Positions 42,923 through 45,938 of a stretch of DNA of 45,938 nt are shown here, in pieces (position 1 is the stretch's first letter; each line of letters starts with the position of its first letter). Under the pieces are notes generated by a model that did no database searches, was not told where the DNA came from, and saw only the letters and a list, made by a program, of their open reading frames with translations. Source of the DNA: Acetobacteraceae bacterium (GTDB taxonomy: Bacteria > Pseudomonadota > Alphaproteobacteria > Acetobacterales > Acetobacteraceae). The stretch lies in the NCBI GenBank assembly GCA_035497095.1, contig DATJEA010000248.1:1-45938 (forward strand), given 5' to 3'. The position numbers and the translations under genes were made by a program.

Positions 42923-44134
42923 TCAGGCGGCGAGAATTTCGCCGAACCGCGTCCAGGTTTTGCCGCTCCATTTGGCAAGCTGCATCTGCTGGATCGGGTG
43001 GAAGTCGGTCGGGCCGGTATCGACCAGGATGCCGGGCAGCAGCACCGGCACCACCTCATGCTTGAGGTTGGCCACCTGCTTCATGATGTTCTCGCGCGAG
43101 AAATCGGTCCCGCACTGTTTCAGCACCTGGTGCATTGTGGTGCAGGCGCCGAACGAGGCGATGTAGCCGCCATCGGTGAGGTCGCCGTTCGGGATGTATT
43201 TTTTCATGAACGCGCGCCAGGTGTTCATGCCCGGATCGTCCTTCCATTCCGGGTCGGTGGGGTCTTTCAGGTATTGCGAGGAGATCACCCCGATCGCCTT
43301 CTCCGGCCCGGCGGGCGTGATGGTGGCGCCGACCGAGGCCGAGACGTTGGTCATCAGGTGATTCGGCTTCCAGCCGATATCGTAGGCCTTGCGGATCACC
43401 TGGGCGGCGAATTTCGGGATCGCCGCGGTGACCAGCACATCGGCGCCGGAATCCTTCATCGTGATCACCTGGCTGTCGACCGTGGCGTCGCTCGACTCAT
43501 AGCTGACCACCTTGATCACCATCTTGTCCCAGGCCTTGCCGAGACCGTCCTTGAGGCCGATCAGGTAATCCTTCCCGAAATCGTCGTTCTGGTAGATCAT
43601 CGCGACCTTCCCGTTGGGGAAGTTCTTCAGGATGTATTTGGCGTAGATGCGCGCTTCCACCTGATAGCTGGGCTGCCAGCCGATGGTCCACGGGTAGTGC
43701 TTGTAGTCGCCCCATTTGTCCGCGCCGGTGGCAACGAAGAGTTGCGGGCATTTCTGGTGGTTGAGGTATTTGTGGATCGCGGTGTTGGTGGGCGTGCCGA
43801 GGGTATGGAACACGCAGGCAACCTGGTCCTGCTCGACCAGCTTGCGCACCATCTCGACCGTCTTGGGCGGGCTGTAGGCGTCGTCGTAGGAGATGAAATC
43901 GATCATGCGGCCACCGACGCCGCCCTGGTCGTTGACCATCTTCCAGTACGCCGCGTCGCCACGGCCGATCGGGCCATAGGACGAGGCGTTGCCGCTATAC
44001 GGCATGGTGTTGCCGATCTTGATCGTGGTCTTGGTCACGCCGACCGTTTTGGCCAGTGCCGGCCTGGCCAGACCGATACCGGCGCCGGCGGCGGCCACAC
44101 CGCCCATGGCGGTCAGGAATGTACGTCTTTTCAT
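42923..44134 (-). CDS. Liv-type (LivK/BraC-like) ABC substrate-binding protein
   Basis: 403 aa from MKRRTFLTAMGGVAAAGAGIGLARPALA, a Tat- or Sec-like signal. KIGNTMPYSGNASSYG follows, typical of the family. Confidence 0.85.
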   Translation of the reverse strand: MKRRTFLTAMGGVAAAGAGIGLARPALAKTVGVTKTTIKIGNTMPYSGNASSYGPIGRGDAAYWKMVNDQGGVGGRMIDFISYDDAYSPPKTVEMVRKLVEQDQVACVFHTLGTPTNTAIHKYLNHQKCPQLFVATGADKWGDYKHYPWTIGWQPSYQVEARIYAKYILKNFPNGKVAMIYQNDDFGKDYLIGLKDGLGKAWDKMVIKVVSYESSDATVDSQVITMKDSGADVLVTAAIPKFAAQVIRKAYDIGWKPNHLMTNVSASVGATITPAGPEKAIGVISSQYLKDPTDPEWKDDPGMNTWRAFMKKYIPNGDLTDGGYIASFGACTTMHQVLKQCGTDFSRENIMKQVANLKHEVVPVLLPGILVDTGPTDFHPIQQMQLAKWSGKTWTRFGEILAA

Positions 44135-44203
44135 GGTGTCTCCCCTTGATGTTTCGTTGTCGGTTGCGAGGCGGAGCGGTAGGCAACGCGTGGCAGGCAC
44201 GAT

Positions 44204-45169
44204 TCAGTCGGTTCGGGCCGGCGTTTTGCCGATCGACAGGTATTTGCGCACCAGGCTGGCGATGCCGCCGGGCGCGACGAACATCAGCACGATCAGGATC
44301 ACGCCGTAGACGGCGCCCGGAGCGGCCTTGGAGATATGGTCGGCGACGTTCGGTACGAACTGGATGAACAGGGCACCGAACACGGCGCCCGAGATGGAAG
44401 CGGCACCGCCGACCACCATGCCGACGAACAAAATAATCGATAACGTAACATTAAAGCTGTCCGGAGCGACAAACCCTACCGCCAGCGCCGCCAGCGAGCC
44501 GCCGACGCCGGTGAACACCGCGCTGACCGCGAAGGTGCGGGTTTTGACCTTGGCGAGGTTGATGCCCATCGCCTCGGCGGCCAGCGGCTGGTCGCGGATC
44601 GCCTTCATCGCGCGGCCGATGCGGCCGACGGCGAGGTTGCGCGCCAGGATGAACAGCACCAGCGCGACGGCGAAGCTGAACAGGTACAGCCACTGGTCGG
44701 GGGTAAGCGGCAGGCCGAATGGCGCGTCCGGCTTGAACACCGAGATGCCCTGCACGCCGCCGGTCCAGTCGGTAAAGGCATTGTATTTCAGCAGTTGCGG
44801 CACCGCGGCGGCCAGCGCCAGGGTGGTCAGCGCCAGATACAGGCCGGTGAACCGCAGCGCCGGCAGCCCGATCAGGAAGCCGGTGATGGCGCAGAGGATC
44901 GCGGCGACCGGGATGGTGGACCAGTACGGCAGGTCCCAATGGTCCATCATGATCGCGGTGGTATAGGCGCCGATGGCGTAGAACGCGCCATGGCCGAGCG
45001 AGATCTGGCCGTTATAGCCGGTGACCATGTTCATCCCCAGCACCGACAGCGCGTAGGATACCACCAGCGTGAACTGGAACAGCGTGTAGCCGCTGGCCGC
45101 GAACATCGGCACCACGCCGAGGGCGACCACCAGGATGATGAGCAGGATGCGTGAGACGGCGGGGTGCAT
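44204..45169 (-). CDS. LivM-family branched-chain amino acid ABC permease
   Basis: 321 aa, hydrophobic. It has the NGQISLGHGAFYAIGAYT motif characteristic of LivM. Confidence 0.85.
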   Translation of the reverse strand: MHPAVSRILLIILVVALGVVPMFAASGYTLFQFTLVVSYALSVLGMNMVTGYNGQISLGHGAFYAIGAYTTAIMMDHWDLPYWSTIPVAAILCAITGFLIGLPALRFTGLYLALTTLALAAAVPQLLKYNAFTDWTGGVQGISVFKPDAPFGLPLTPDQWLYLFSFAVALVLFILARNLAVGRIGRAMKAIRDQPLAAEAMGINLAKVKTRTFAVSAVFTGVGGSLAALAVGFVAPDSFNVTLSIILFVGMVVGGAASISGAVFGALFIQFVPNVADHISKAAPGAVYGVILIVLMFVAPGGIASLVRKYLSIGKTPARTD

Positions 45170-45173
45170 CGGC

Positions 45174-45938
45174 CTACACCCGGCTGGCGAGGGTTTTGCC
45201 GAACAGCCCGGCGGGTTTCAGGATCAGCACCGCGACGATGATGATCAGCGCCATCGACAGCTTGAGGCTGGTGCCGACGATATAGGCGCCGCCGAGGTTT
45301 TCGATGATGCCGACCATGAAGCCGCCGATCACCGCACCGAGCGGATTATTGATGCCGCCGAGCAGTGCGGCGGCGAAGGCGTAGAGCAGCACGCCGACCA
45401 TCATGTTCGGCTCCAGGAACACGATCGGCGCCACCATCATGCCGGCGATGGCGCCGATGGCCGCCGCCAGCCCCCAGCCGAGCACCAGCATGCGCGCCAC
45501 CGGAATGCCGACCAGCTGGCTGCTGACCGGGTTGAACGCGGCGGCGCGCATGGCGAGACCGAGCCGGGTGAAGCGGAAGAACGCCCACACCGACAGCAGC
45601 ACCACCAGCGTGACGCAGGTGGAGCCGAGCTCGTGCGGCGAGAACATGCCGAACAATACCGGGCCGCCGCTGCCGAACGGGCTGGGGAAGGACTTCAGCG
45701 TATAGGTGAACAGCCAGCCGGCGCTGTTGTTGAATATCAGCATCATGCCGATGAACACCGCGACCATCGCCAGCACCGGGGCGTTGGACAGCGGTTGCAG
45801 CAATACGCGCTGCAACACCGCGCCCATGGCGAACGAGATCACCAGCGTGGCGGCGAAGGCTGCCCAGTACGGCAGGCCCCAATGCATCAAGGTGAACGCG
45901 ATGTAGGTGGAGAACATCGCCATTTCGCCCTGGGCGAA
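45174..45938 (-). CDS. LivH-family branched-chain amino acid ABC permease (5' end beyond window edge)
   Basis: The reading frame is open to the window end. The edge reads FAQGEMAMFSTY, the conserved (N)FAxGE motif about 40 residues into LivH proteins, so the N-terminus lies outside the window. Confidence 0.85.
   Translation of the reverse strand, partial: FAQGEMAMFSTYIAFTLMHWGLPYWAAFAATLVISFAMGAVLQRVLLQPLSNAPVLAMVAVFIGMMLIFNNSAGWLFTYTLKSFPSPFGSGGPVLFGMFSPHELGSTCVTLVVLLSVWAFFRFTRLGLAMRAAAFNPVSSQLVGIPVARMLVLGWGLAAAIGAIAGMMVAPIVFLEPNMMVGVLLYAFAAALLGGINNPLGAVIGGFMVGIIENLGGAYIVGTSLKLSMALIIIVAVLILKPAGLFGKTLASRV

Overview
Very GC-rich proteobacterial chromosomal segment. It is probably alphaproteobacterial, possibly Rhodospirillales/Acetobacteraceae-like; this is inferred from the rpoZ-rsh-acpS-lepB-rnc-era gene order and strong GC3 codon bias, not from any search. 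By eye it holds about 38 intact CDS and 5 gene remnants. I found no tRNA, rRNA, CRISPR, transposase, integrase, phage gene or recognisable defence system.

Gene blocks, left to right:
- (1) Minus-strand RND efflux pair (adaptor plus pump) followed by an amidohydrolase.
- (2) A DUF3592-like membrane protein.
- (3) A divergent catabolic cluster: split ComDE-like TPP decarboxylase facing acyl-CoA dehydrogenase, family III CoA-transferase and an Fe3+-type ABC importer.
- (4) Family-5-like uracil-DNA glycosylase and a NYN/LabA protein.
- (5) The housekeeping block folK, rpoZ, spoT/rsh, acpS, lepB, rnc, era.
- (6) A small acidic protein divergent from pqiABC.
- (7) A decaying minus-strand region: truncated and intact type-B carboxylesterase paralogues, a livM'-'livF deletion fusion, a frameshifted livH, an intact orphan Liv-type binding protein and a DapA-like fragment.
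- (8) An AtzH-like plus amidase pair.
- (9) A three-gene 2-oxoacid:ferredoxin oxidoreductase operon with a GltD-like/ferredoxin fusion (KorCAB-like).
- (10) A secreted EEP nuclease/phosphatase, two SDRs, an MFS transporter and an ornithine cyclodeaminase-like protein.
- (11) An intact Liv-type binding protein plus LivM and LivH permeases, running off the right edge.

The most distinctive signal not explained by genes is a family of about 130-bp AT-rich nested-palindrome (MITE/RIME-like) elements. There are four full and two half copies. All are pressed against stop or start codons, and compensatory changes keep their hairpins intact. A separate 105-bp inverted repeat lies next to copy 1.

Start codons are judged by eye and may be off by a few codons. 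All homology calls come from motif recognition, not database searches.
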